Positions 63,865-64,000 of a DNA stretch of 64,000 bases are shown here, piece after piece. The stretch is from the IMG/VR virus record IMGVR_UViG_3300010163_000005, positions 117,781 to 181,780 of that record; one strand, given 5' to 3'. A program made the position numbers and the translations under genes. Source of the DNA: a virus (taxonomy: Duplodnaviria > Caudoviricetes). The stretch's first letter is position 1. The number at the start of each line of letters is the position of its first letter. Below the pieces are notes generated by a model. The model saw nothing but the letters and a program-made list of their open reading frames with translations. It ran no database searches and was not told the DNA's origin.

Positions 63865-64000
63865 TATATTTTTATAAAATTTTATAAAAAAATTAAAATA
63901 TATTTTTAACTATACAGCTTTTATTATAATTAATTTCACTAAATAAATAATTATATATTCTATATAATTATTAACTAAATATTAATTATTATATATTTAT

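Overview
Very AT-rich 64 kb segment (low-20s % GC by eye) of a large Bacillota (Clostridia-like) phage or phage-plasmid/megaplasmid. It reads like an early/anti-defence region: almost all genes are on the minus strand, there are no structural or conjugation genes, and it is cut into many short transcription units, each led by a near-consensus sigmaA promoter (TTGACA-N17-TATAATATAATT) and closed by a hairpin terminator. It encodes 11 DNA methyltransferases with no intact cognate restriction nuclease, AntA/KilAC and BRO antirepressors, a dTMP kinase, a PAPS-reductase-family protein, tRNA-Leu(TAA), tRNA-Ser(TGA), HTH/DUF6017 and HUH-type replication proteins flanking an iteron-like non-coding region, a J-domain protein, a DUF932 protein, a GH73 glucosaminidase, several paralog families and many decayed genes. 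Two candidate undescribed systems stand out. (1) Three tandem, covarying Y-RNA-like structured RNAs are co-transcribed from one promoter with a TROVE/ROT-like-TerD protein (6116-8689). (2) A C5-cytosine methyltransferase has almost no internal target-recognition region and is followed by four free-standing TRD-like mini-ORFs; the first has no start codon and is best explained by a -1 slippery site at the end of the MTase (16324-19125). All family assignments come from motif recognition, not database searches.
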